NCBI GenBank assembly: GCA_965224485.1
Contig: CBDCZH010000017.1
Coordinates: 1 to 11,396 of the forward strand
Reading direction: 5' to 3'
DNA: 11,396 bases
Source of the DNA: Arcobacteraceae bacterium
GTDB lineage: Bacteria; Campylobacterota; Campylobacteria; Campylobacterales; Arcobacteraceae
The position numbers were made by a program, and so were the translations under genes. The notes beneath the pieces are model-generated. The model saw nothing but the letters and a program-made list of their open reading frames with translations. It made no database searches and was not told where the DNA came from. This document shows, in pieces, positions 1 to 8,735 of the stretch (its first letter is position 1; each line of letters begins with the position of its first letter).

Positions 1-28
1 CTTTAATTTGCGAAAACAAAGTAAAAAA
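1..28. repeat. Terminal direct repeat, copy 1 (CTTTAATTTGCGAAAACAAAGTAAAAAA)
   Basis: Identical to 11369-11396. Confidence 0.97.
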
Positions 29-58
29 AACTATTGTCAGTAAACGTACTTTTGTCAT
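1..58 (-). CDS. N-terminal signal-peptide segment of the autotransporter (continues across the window join)
   Basis: ATG at 58 with AAGGA upstream. Translates MTKVRLLTIVFFTLFSQIK, which overlaps the start (L/M-FSQIKAANIV) of ORF 9723..11387 in frame. Confidence 0.9.
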   Translation of the reverse strand, partial: MTKVRLLTIVFFTLFSQIK

Positions 59-60
59 AA

Positions 61-258
61 TTATGTTCCTTTTATGATGTAATTAAAAAAGTATATAACT
101 TCAGTTACCACTCGACTATTACATACAAGAACAGATCCATCTTCACTTACTGCGTTTGCACTACTGTCAAAAGATACACCCCTTAAATCTTTTAACCCAA
201 ACATACTGCCTGTTAAATTAAAACTTAACACTACAGTTAAGATAACAATTATCTTCAT
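61..258 (-). pseudogene. Truncated secreted HAF-family extracellular repeat protein fragment
   Basis: AAGGGA RBS and signal-like MKIIVILTVVLSF. GLKDLRGVSFDSSANAVSEDGSVLV resembles the HAF repeat as I recall it (LGDLPGG..S.ANAVSADGSVVVG). Similarity ends where an IS3-like end begins at about 115. Confidence 0.6.
90..115 (-). repeat. Solo IS3-type terminal inverted repeat-like sequence
   Basis: Minus strand TCGAGTGGTAACTGAAGTTATATACT resembles the IS3 ends TGGAGTGGTAACCTAAATTCATACTC and TGGAACGGTAACTGAATTTCATACTC. Confidence 0.7.
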
Positions 259-496
259 ATATTTTCCCTTTTATTATTGATATTCTAATTTTTAATAAAA
301 AAATTCTACTTAAACCAAAAGAAGAATCTAATACCTCTTTCTATTTCCTTCTTTTATTGAAATCCTTATTTATCGGTCTTATCTTAGAATAGATACATTC
401 CAAATGTATATTTAGCTTAGTACTCAAATAACATAAGCCCTCCTAAGAAAAAAGATAAAAGATTTTTTTAGTTTTAAAATAAAGACTTTAAATATA

Positions 497-2782
497 TTAG
501 TCATTATAATAATTTCTTATTCTTTGAAAAACACTTTTATTTTCCAAAAATAAATTAAGTAGCACAGGATCAAAGTGCATATTTTTTCCCTCCAATAAGA
601 ATGTAAATATTTTTTCATCAGCCCACGCTTTTTTATACACTCTGTCACTGCCTAAGGCATCAAAAACATCAGCGATTGCCGTTATCCTTGCATAAATATG
701 TATTTCTTTACCCTTAAGTCCTCTTGGATAACCACTTCCGTCCCATTTTTCATGATGCTCATATGCAACAATTGCTGCTGCTTGAAGTACTTTCCTTTTA
801 GAACCCTTTAAAATATTGAATCCAATCTCTGCATGAGTTTTCATGATTTCAAATTCTTCTGTCGAAAGTTTTCCTGGTTTTTTTAAGATTGAATCAGGAA
901 TACCAACTTTTCCAATATCATGCATAGGAGATGCTGATAATAGGATATTTGCTTGTTTTTCATCTAATCCAGATAATAAAGCAAGGCTTTTTGAGTATTC
1001 AGCCACTCTTTTTACATGCTGTCCTGTTTCTTCACTTCTACTTTCTGCTACTTCTCCCATTTTATAAATAATTTCTTTTTGGGTATCTTCAACTTCTTTA
1101 TGAAGTGTATAAAGTTCTGTAATATCATGCTGAATAGCTATGTATTCAATAATATTATTTTGCTCATTTTTAATAGGAATATAGGTAACGTCTATCCAGT
1201 ATTTAATATTATTTTTATTGCAATTTTTAATAGTACCTTTCCACACTTTTCCAGATACTAAGCACTCAAATATTTTATTAAAAATCTGTTTATTATTATG
1301 AGATCCTTCCTTTTTATTTACTTTTGTACCTATTAGTTCGTCTTTTGTGTAACCTGTCAGTTTACAATAAGACTGATTGACATAAGTCAATTCATATTCT
1401 AAGTTAAATACAGAAATAATATTAGATTGGTATAAGGCATTACGATATTCTTTTGCCATTTGAATAGTATCGATGTGCTCTTTTGTTTCATCATTTAAAA
1501 GCACTTTAAAATAATTTTTCATATCTTCATGCTCTGTAATATCTGTTCGTATACTAATATATTCAACTAGCTCGTTTCTTTCATTGAAAATTGGATTTAT
1601 AATTGTTTTAACCCAATAATAAGACCCATCTTTAGCTAAATTCTTTATATTTCCTTTCCAAGTTTTTTTATCCTTTTTGATACATCTCCAAATATCATTA
1701 AAAACCTCTTTTGAGGTATCTGGGTGCTTGATTATATTTTGATTTTTACCCAAAAGCTCCATTCTAGAATAACCAGATAAATTACAAAAAGAATCATTCA
1801 CATAAGTAATAATTCCTTTCAAATTAGTTTTTGAAACAAGTGCAGAATCATCAATAGCTTCTTTATATTGGCTTCGTAATCTATAAAAAGGTCCTACGAT
1901 GGCTTTACCAATAAAAATTATAAAAACTATACTTAAAAGACTAATAAAAGTAAAAAGACTGTATATGATATTTTTAATACTCTTTATTTCTTTCGTTATT
2001 TCCTTCGTTAGACTACTTCGCATTTTCATACTTTGTTTTTTTATTTTTAAAATACTCGTATTTATTTGTTTACGTAAACCCAAGTTAGCTCTAATTCCAA
2101 TCTCTTTTTCTTTGTTAACAAGTTCAAGAAATAAATCTTGATAGTTCAATAGTATTTTTTGATTTTCTTTTCTCTTTAAATATTTGCTCGCCAATAAAAC
2201 ATGGATTTTTTTATTAAAATTATTCACATATTTTAAGTCCAAACGAAACATAAAATCTTTTTCATCTTTTCTCAATTCATATAAAATGGATAATAATCTT
2301 TTATTTTTAACTTTAATTGCATAAGCTTGTAAAATATGAATTTTACTGCGTAATTCTTTGTGCAAACCATATTCTTCATTAATACCTATTATTTTTTTCA
2401 GTTTAACCATGGTAAAAAACTTTTTTTCATAATTATTTAGTAATTTAGTATAAGAAGTAAGACTTTGAGAAGTGATTTTATATTTATTTAATATAAGATT
2501 TAGTTCTTTGATTTTTTTTTCTAATAAATAACTTTCTTTTCTAAAAATAAGAGAGTAATCAAGATTTTTTTTGTTCATAAAATCTTTTTGAGTAGCAATT
2601 AAAGAAAAGACATAAGAGTTGACTTGTTCAATATTTTGCAATGCTTGATATAAATTATTTGTTTTAGTAACAGAGCCAATGACTAAGAAGCATAACCATA
2701 AAAAAACAATAATAGTAACAAAAATTGAGAGTATCAGTTTACTTTTAATAGTAAAATAATATTTTATACTTAGTATTTTCAT
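497..2782 (-). CDS. Membrane-anchored HD-GYP cyclic di-nucleotide phosphodiesterase with periplasmic helical sensor and two PAS domains
   Basis: 761 aa. Two hydrophobic TM segments, two PAS/PAC units (YVNDSFC..HPD..W..KDGSYYWV; YVNQSYC..KYWID), and HD-GYP motifs HVKRV, MHDIGK, HHEKWDGSGYPRGL, ADVFDAL. AAGGGG RBS. Confidence 0.93.
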   Translation of the reverse strand: MKILSIKYYFTIKSKLILSIFVTIIVFLWLCFLVIGSVTKTNNLYQALQNIEQVNSYVFSLIATQKDFMNKKNLDYSLIFRKESYLLEKKIKELNLILNKYKITSQSLTSYTKLLNNYEKKFFTMVKLKKIIGINEEYGLHKELRSKIHILQAYAIKVKNKRLLSILYELRKDEKDFMFRLDLKYVNNFNKKIHVLLASKYLKRKENQKILLNYQDLFLELVNKEKEIGIRANLGLRKQINTSILKIKKQSMKMRSSLTKEITKEIKSIKNIIYSLFTFISLLSIVFIIFIGKAIVGPFYRLRSQYKEAIDDSALVSKTNLKGIITYVNDSFCNLSGYSRMELLGKNQNIIKHPDTSKEVFNDIWRCIKKDKKTWKGNIKNLAKDGSYYWVKTIINPIFNERNELVEYISIRTDITEHEDMKNYFKVLLNDETKEHIDTIQMAKEYRNALYQSNIISVFNLEYELTYVNQSYCKLTGYTKDELIGTKVNKKEGSHNNKQIFNKIFECLVSGKVWKGTIKNCNKNNIKYWIDVTYIPIKNEQNNIIEYIAIQHDITELYTLHKEVEDTQKEIIYKMGEVAESRSEETGQHVKRVAEYSKSLALLSGLDEKQANILLSASPMHDIGKVGIPDSILKKPGKLSTEEFEIMKTHAEIGFNILKGSKRKVLQAAAIVAYEHHEKWDGSGYPRGLKGKEIHIYARITAIADVFDALGSDRVYKKAWADEKIFTFLLEGKNMHFDPVLLNLFLENKSVFQRIRNYYND

Positions 2783-2887
2783 ATTCTTGGTCCCCTTTTA
2801 GTTATGTGTATTGATGCGTAACAACATTCTCACACTCATCGTATTTTCAATAAAACAAAGAAATAAATTAAACCTAACAACTAAATA

Positions 2888-3568
2888 TTAGGTAAACTTA
2901 CAAATAGAGTAGCCAATACCATATACATTACGAATAGTATCAAGAGGAAGTTTTTTCCTTAAATTTTGTATAAGAGTTTTAATGGCAGGCTTACTAAATT
3001 CTTTATTACCTTCTGTACATACTTCATTGTAAATATCTTCACATGACAATATCTGCAGAGAATTTTTCATAAATAAGGAAAAGAGTTTTATTTCACTTTT
3101 AGTTAACTTAACAAGATTCTCCCTATAAAACAAGCTTTTATCATTTTTATTCCAAGTGTAATTAATATCATTATTGAGAATCGAGACATCAGGGTGACGT
3201 ACTGCTATCTTAGCAAGTGCAGAGAGTATACTTTTTTTTGATAATGGTTTTTCTAAATAGGTAGTTAGTTTTAATTCAATTATATTAAACAGGGTTTCTT
3301 TATCAATTTTTTCAGACATTAAAATTATGTCCGTAATATTATCTTTCTCTCTAATTTTACGTACAAGTTCAACACCATTAAGATAAGCCATTTGCATATC
3401 TAGTATTATCACATCTGGTTTATAACGCAGATAATTCTCCCAAGCTTCTAGTCCATTACTTGCATTAATCACATGTTCAAAAGCATTAGTAAAAAACTTT
3501 TTATAGTGACTTAGCGAAACAAAATTATTTTCTGCACATAATAAAGTATATTGCCTTAGCCTTTTCAT
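2888..3568 (-). CDS. OmpR/PhoB-family response regulator (receiver + winged helix)
   Basis: Receiver motifs PDVIILDMQM and LEKP; C-terminal LTKSE..IKTLIQNLRKKL..IRNVYGIGY. Start placed at ATG 3568 (GGGGA RBS) rather than 3601. Confidence 0.9.
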   Translation of the reverse strand: MKRLRQYTLLCAENNFVSLSHYKKFFTNAFEHVINASNGLEAWENYLRYKPDVIILDMQMAYLNGVELVRKIREKDNITDIILMSEKIDKETLFNIIELKLTTYLEKPLSKKSILSALAKIAVRHPDVSILNNDINYTWNKNDKSLFYRENLVKLTKSEIKLFSLFMKNSLQILSCEDIYNEVCTEGNKEFSKPAIKTLIQNLRKKLPLDTIRNVYGIGYSICKFT

Positions 3569-3613
3569 AAATTCCCCAATCTCGTACTTTGATAATAACA
3601 TTTCTAGTAAAGA

Positions 3614-3645
3614 ATACTACAATAAAAAAGAAAGTGAAAAGAAAG
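3614..3645 (-). promoter_or_regulatory. Direct-repeat box CTTTCTTT-N3-CTTTCTTT plus putative -10 (TAGTAT) upstream of the response regulator
   Basis: Box at 3627-3645; hexamer at 3619-3614, 7 nt downstream on the minus strand. Confidence 0.55.
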
Positions 3646-3678
3646 CTTTATAGATAGATGTAATTGAAATAATTAATT

Positions 3679-3704
3679 TTAGGTGGTAACTAAATTTAAT
3701 ATGT
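3679..3704 (+). repeat. Degenerate solo IS3-type end
   Basis: GGTAACTAAATTTAATA matches IRR core GGTAACTGAATTTCATA at 15/17. Confidence 0.5.
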
Positions 3705-3846
3705 TAATTCTTTTCATTTTATGTAAGAAAGGCATTAAAAAGAAATTGACCTTCAAATCCTCTAAATTATCTTTCTTTTAATGTATTTTATAAATCCATT
3801 TCAACATAAAAGAAGTATTACATCTTTTTGCCACATTTATTATTCT

Positions 3847-3863
3847 TGGAGTGGTAACCTAAA
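3847..3863 (+). repeat. Solo IS3-type end
   Basis: TGGAGTGGTAACCTAAA is identical to the outer 17 nt of the IS3 IRL (9086-9070, minus strand). Confidence 0.8.
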
Positions 3864-3925
3864 AACATAGAAATAACCATAAAAGTAATGCACTCATAAA
3901 CAAAAAGAGAAAAAATATTGAATTA

Positions 3926-3957
3926 CTTTCTTTTTACTTTCTTTATTATAATAAAAT
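3926..3957 (+). promoter_or_regulatory. Direct-repeat box CTTTCTTT-N3-CTTTCTTT plus putative -10 upstream of the MCP
   Basis: Box at 3926-3944 is 18/19 identical to the reverse complement of 3627-3645. TAAAAT at 3952-3957 lies 7 nt downstream; an overlapping TATAAT is at 3947-3952. Confidence 0.55.
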
Positions 3958-4011
3958 AAATTTATCAAGAAATAATGTAAACATTTATATTATTTAAAAA
4001 AAAGGAATATT

Positions 4012-6102
4012 ATGTTGAATAAATTTACTATAAAACTCAAGTTAGTAATTTTATCTTTTATTGTAAGTAGTGGCTTTATTGCTATTGTAGTTCTGGGAAA
4101 TTTAGATTTAGGAGAACTCTCGAAACTAAGTCAAATGAAAGACAATGTCAACGAATTAAACATAGGTGAACTTTCATTACGAAAACATGAAAAAAATTTT
4201 CTTGCACGTAAAAAAATGAAATATTCTAATAAATTTTTATTAAGTATTAAAAAAATTAATAAAAATAGTGAAAAATTAATGTTAATGATGAATGATTTTC
4301 ACTTAGATAATAAATCTTTAATGAAATACAGAACAAGTATTAAGATATATAAAAAAGCCTTTGCTCAATTGGTTCAAATACAACAAGAGATTGGATTAGG
4401 GAAGAAAAAAGGACTGTATGGAAAATTAAGAGTAGCAGTACAAAAAGTTCAAAGCTTTGCTCAAGATTCTCGAGATTATCGCCTTTTAGCATTTGTTTAT
4501 GATTTAAGAAAACAAGAAAAAGATTTTTTATTAAGAAAAGATATGAAGTATTCTCATAATTTTAATGAGGTAATGAAAGAATTAAACTTAAATATTACAA
4601 ATAAACAAATGCTAAAGCTTTTAAAAACATATACTTTAACATTTAATAAACTCGTTTCTTTGGAAAAAATAAAAGGTTTTAATAAAGATGCCGGCCTTTT
4701 GGGAAAAATGGGCATTGCTATTCATAAAAGTGATGATTTATTAGCACATTTAAAAGAACAAATAAATAATGAGATAGCAGTTAAAACAAGAAATATTAAA
4801 ATATTTTCAATTCTTTTCGTTCTTGTTATTGCCGTTTTTGTCACTCTTACTTTATTATATATCAGTCGAAGTATTAACCTTTCTTTAAAAAGTTTTGAAA
4901 AAGGCTTAATCCAGTTCTTCGCTTTTATTAATAATGAAAGTAAGGTAGTAGAAATGCTAGAGGAAAAAAATGAAGATGAAATAGGTAAAATGTCAAAAAT
5001 AATTAATCAAAATATTATTAAAACACAATTAAATATTGAGAAGGACAGAACGTTAATTGATGATGTTACCGTTGTGGCAAATAACATCAAAAAAGGTCAT
5101 TTAGAAGATAGAATCACAAAAAAAGCGAATTCAAAAGAGTTAAATGAGTTAAAAAATGTAATTAATGAAATGTTGAAAAATCTAAATCAAAACATAAGTA
5201 ACGTTCTTAATATACTTGATAGTTATACAAATTATAACTACTTGCCAAGAGTTAGTACGTTAAATATAGAAGGAGAAATATTAGAATTATGTAAGGGAAT
5301 CAATTTTTTAGGAGATTCCAGTGTGAAGATGCTTAAAAATAATAAAGAAATAGGACAAGAGCTTATTGATAGTGCAAAAATACTAGTTAACAATGTGGGC
5401 GATTTAAATAGTAATGCAAATGCAACTGCTGCTTCAATAGAAGAAACAGCAGCTGCTTTGGAGGAGATAACTTCTACTGTTATCAGTAATAACGAAAATA
5501 TTGAGCAGCTGTCAAGCTATGCACAAGAAGTAACAGAATCAATACAAAAAGGTGAAAAATTAGCATCAGAGACAAGTCAATCAATGGATGACCTTAATTC
5601 ACAAGTAAGTTCAATTAATGATGCGATTGGATTAATAGATAAGATTTCTTTTCAAACAAATATTCTTAGTTTAAATGCAGCAGTTGAAGCAGCTACTGCT
5701 GGTGAAGCAGGAAAAGGTTTTGCAGTGGTTGCTCAAGAAGTACGTAATCTTGCTGCAAGAAGTGCCGAAGCAGCTAACGAAATTAAAACACTAGTAGAAA
5801 ATGCCACAACTAAAGCAAGTGAAGGAAAACAAATCGCAAAAAAAATGATTATGGGGTATTCTTCGTTAAAAGAAAACATAGAAAATACGATTTCTGTTAT
5901 TTCAGATGTTTCTATTTCATCAAAAGAACAAAAAAGAGGGATAGAACAAATTAATGATGCTGTAACTCAAGTAGATCAGCAGACACAAAAAATTGCACTA
6001 GTAGCAGGTGAAACCAAAACAATAGCAGAGCAAACAAATGCTATTGCAAACGATATAGTTGAAGATACCAATAAAAAAATATTTGAGACTGAAAAACAAT
6101 AA
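4012..6102 (+). CDS. Methyl-accepting chemotaxis protein with HBM-like periplasmic domain and HAMP region
   Basis: 696 aa. Two TM segments and the conserved tip [48 protein letters not shown]. Confidence 0.96.
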   Translation: MLNKFTIKLKLVILSFIVSSGFIAIVVLGNLDLGELSKLSQMKDNVNELNIGELSLRKHEKNFLARKKMKYSNKFLLSIKKINKNSEKLMLMMNDFHLDNKSLMKYRTSIKIYKKAFAQLVQIQQEIGLGKKKGLYGKLRVAVQKVQSFAQDSRDYRLLAFVYDLRKQEKDFLLRKDMKYSHNFNEVMKELNLNITNKQMLKLLKTYTLTFNKLVSLEKIKGFNKDAGLLGKMGIAIHKSDDLLAHLKEQINNEIAVKTRNIKIFSILFVLVIAVFVTLTLLYISRSINLSLKSFEKGLIQFFAFINNESKVVEMLEEKNEDEIGKMSKIINQNIIKTQLNIEKDRTLIDDVTVVANNIKKGHLEDRITKKANSKELNELKNVINEMLKNLNQNISNVLNILDSYTNYNYLPRVSTLNIEGEILELCKGINFLGDSSVKMLKNNKEIGQELIDSAKILVNNVGDLNSNANATAASIEETAAALEEITSTVISNNENIEQLSSYAQEVTESIQKGEKLASETSQSMDDLNSQVSSINDAIGLIDKISFQTNILSLNAAVEAATAGEAGKGFAVVAQEVRNLAARSAEAANEIKTLVENATTKASEGKQIAKKMIMGYSSLKENIENTISVISDVSISSKEQKRGIEQINDAVTQVDQQTQKIALVAGETKTIAEQTNAIANDIVEDTNKKIFETEKQ

Positions 6103-6117
6103 ATTAAATAAAAAGAG

Positions 6118-6424
6118 TGAAGTGGAAATTTAAATTCATATTCAAAATTTAACAATTTTAAGTTAAAACAAAAAATTGATATGTTATAGATGAGAAGTAA
6201 ATAGAGGAAGGGATTTAATGAATCCACCATACACTTGATTTTGTAAAAAAGAAGAGTGTTGTCAAAGTTGCAGCAGAATTATATTTAATTATAATTGGAT
6301 ACCTAAATATAAAAAAGCGCATAATATTCCTTTAAGAAGAAGTGATGTCACAACTGTAAAAGAGCCTATAGCTGTAGTACTTAGCAATTCAGAAGTGAGA
6401 ATAAGATACTTATACAAGAGTGAG
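6118..6424 (+). pseudogene. Decayed IS3-family left end plus orfA remnant
   Basis: TGAAGTGGAAATTTAAATTCATATTCAAAATTTAACAATT aligns to the IS3 left end TGGAGTGGTAACCTAAATTCATACTCAGAATTTAACAATT. It is followed by ATGAGAAG.., TATAAAAAAGCGCATAATATTCC and GAGAATAAG..CAAGAG, which match orfA with stops and indels. Confidence 0.85.
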
Positions 6425-6434
6425 TGGAACGGTA

Positions 6435-7781
6435 GGGGAGTGTAAATATAACTGTGTAAACCTTAAAAATAAAATTTATTAGATAGACTATCTAGTAAAT
6501 TAATTTTAAGGATTTACATTATGGCAATATTAAATTTAGAAGAATTAAAGAAACAAATTAAAGCTGGAACTTTTAAAGGTTTAGACTCTTTAGAGAATGA
6601 ATTTAAAACTATGTTAAAAGAAGTATTACAAGAAACTGCACAAGAAGAACTAACTTCACATTTAGGTTATGAAAAGAACCAAGTCTCAGAAAATACAAAC
6701 TCAAGAAATGGCTACAATAAAAAGAAACTCAATTCCAAATATGGTCAAGTAGATTTAGAAATACCAAGAGATAGAGATTCTAGTTTTGAGCCACAATTAA
6801 TAAAAAAAGAGAAACTATTTTAGAGGGAACTGAAGATTTAATAATATCACTATATGCTAAGGGCATGAGTGTAAGGGATATTCAATTACATCTTGATGAT
6901 TTATATGGATATGAATTATCTACTGAAACAATTTCTAATATGACGAACAAAGTATTAGAACTTGCCAAAGATTGGCAGAATAGAGCCTTAGACCAAATGT
7001 ATCCAATTATCTTTATGGACGCTACTATTCTTAAAATTAGAATAGACAGAGTTGTGAAAAATGTAGCTGCATATATCATGCTAGGCATAACAGCAGAGGG
7101 GACTAAAGAAATAATAGGTATTTGGATAGGGAATAATGAAACTAGTAAATATTGGCTCTCATTGCTTAATGAAATTAAGAATAGAGGTGTTGAAGATGTT
7201 CTTATCTTTGCAATAGATGGTCTAAATGGTTTTAACGAAGCGATACAAGCTATTTATCCAAAAGCAGAAATACAAAGATGTATAGTCCATCAAATTAGAA
7301 GCTCTCTAAAGTTTGTTTCTTGGAAAGATAGAAAAGCCATTGCTAAAGATCTTAAATCCGTATATTGCGCTATTACTGAAGAACAAGCCTTGCAAAATCT
7401 AAATGAATTTCATGATATTTGGGGAGCTAAATATCCCCATATTAAACAATCTTGGCTAAATCATTGGAATGAATTATCTACTTTTTATAAATATCCAGAA
7501 GCTATCAAAAAGTTAATTTATACAACAAATCCAATAGAATCACTAAATTCAACCATCAAAAGAAAAACAAGATCAAAAGGATCTTTCCCTACTGTAGACT
7601 CTGCTTTTAAAGTAATGTACTTATCAACACAGGAGGTTCAAAATAAATGGAAAAGAGCAAGGGTTAGAAATTGGTCTGAAATTTACCCTCAACTATGTAT
7701 ATTTTTCAGCGAAATTATGGAAAAATATACAAAGTAGTTAGAGGATAATTGGTGGGTTTACACAGTTGAGTTTACACTCTC
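6435..7781 (+). mobile_element. IS256-family insertion sequence
   Basis: 27-bp IRs at 6436-6462 and 7755-7781 (23/27 identical). Flanking direct repeat AACGGTA at 6428-6434 and 7782-7788. Confidence 0.95.
6521..7737 (+). CDS. IS256-family transposase, split by a -1 frameshift at an A7 tract (6802-6808)
   Basis: ORFs 6521..6823 (SRNGY, IPRDR..FEPQLI) and 6865..7737 (IFMDA, AIDGL, IQRCIVHQIR, YTTNPIESLN). The -1 frame joins them as KKRETILEGTEDLIISLYAKGMSVRDI. Confidence 0.9.
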
Positions 7782-7818
7782 AACGGTAACTGAATTTCAT
7801 ACTCTTTTTTGCTTATCC

Positions 7819-8735
7819 CTATGCCACCATTTCATTTTGTAACATAAAGTCTTTTTCTTCAAAATTATTAGGAGATAAGTTTCCTAAATAACTGTGACTT
7901 CTAGTTCTATTATAATAAAATTCTATATATTCAAATATCTCTTTTTTAGCTTGTTTTTTAGTATAAAAATATGTGTTATAAACTAATTCTTGTTTTAATG
8001 ATTTAAAAAAGCTCTCTGCAACTGCATTATCCCAACAGTTGCCTTTGCGACTCATACTTTGAATAATTCCATGTTTTTGTAATAAATCTTTATGTGTATA
8101 CGAAGCATATTGACTTCCTCTATCTGTATGCCAGATAAGCCCTTTGGGAGGACTTCTATGGAGTATTGCCATATCAAGTGCATCATTTACTAATGATACT
8201 TTCATCGTGTCGTCCATAGACCAGCCAACTATCTTTCTTGAGTATAAATCAATTACAGTTGCAAGGTATAACCAGCCTTCACCTGTTTGAATATAAGTAA
8301 TATCTCCAACATATTTTTCATCTGGATTTGATGCATAAAAATCTCTATTTAGTACATTTGCTGCTATTGGTAAATTATGATTAGAATCTGTTGTATTTTT
8401 AAATCTTCTTTTCATTTTAACTTTTAAATTAAGATCTTTCATAATACTTGCAATTCGTTTTCTTGAAATAAGTAGTCCATATAATTCTAAAAGTTTAGCT
8501 TGAATCCTACGTGTTCCGTAGTTGTTTCGTCCTTGAATAAATATCATCTCAATTAATTTATTAACTTTTTCATCTACTTTTTTAATAATACAACCAGCTT
8601 TAACCCAATGATAATAAGAAGATAAATTAACTTTTGCTACTTTACACATTAATTTTATACTAAAACTATTTTTATGTTCAAAAATCCAGGCATATTTTAT
8701 AGAACTTCTTGTGCAAAATATGCCGCTGCCTTTTT
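7819..8735 (-). CDS. IS3-family OrfB (DDE integrase core)
   Basis: YGTRRI, YVGDITYI, WLYLATVIDLYSRKIVGW, WHTDRGSQY, SRKGNCWDNAVAESFFKSLK, YYNRTRSHSYLG. The 5' boundary is set at the frameshift window. Confidence 0.93.

Noticed and set aside
23..30. A8/T8 tract in the autotransporter signal sequence as a phase-variation switch
   Set aside because: It is in frame, and such tracts are common throughout this AT-rich window; no evidence of variation.
260..496. AT-rich intergenic region as a plasmid origin
   Set aside because: No iterons or rep gene visible, and AT content is like other intergenic regions here.
843..1261. ORFs 843..1067 and 1016..1261 (+)
   Set aside because: Antisense shadows of the HD-GYP gene with no recognisable motifs.
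1899..2141. 80-aa hydrophobic ORF (+)
   Set aside because: Antisense to Lys/Ile-rich coding sequence; the hydrophobicity is a compositional artefact.
5976..6230. 84-aa ORF (-)
   Set aside because: Overlaps the MCP 3' end and the IS3 remnant in antisense.
6882..7088. 68-aa ORF (-)
   Set aside because: Antisense to the IS256 transposase.
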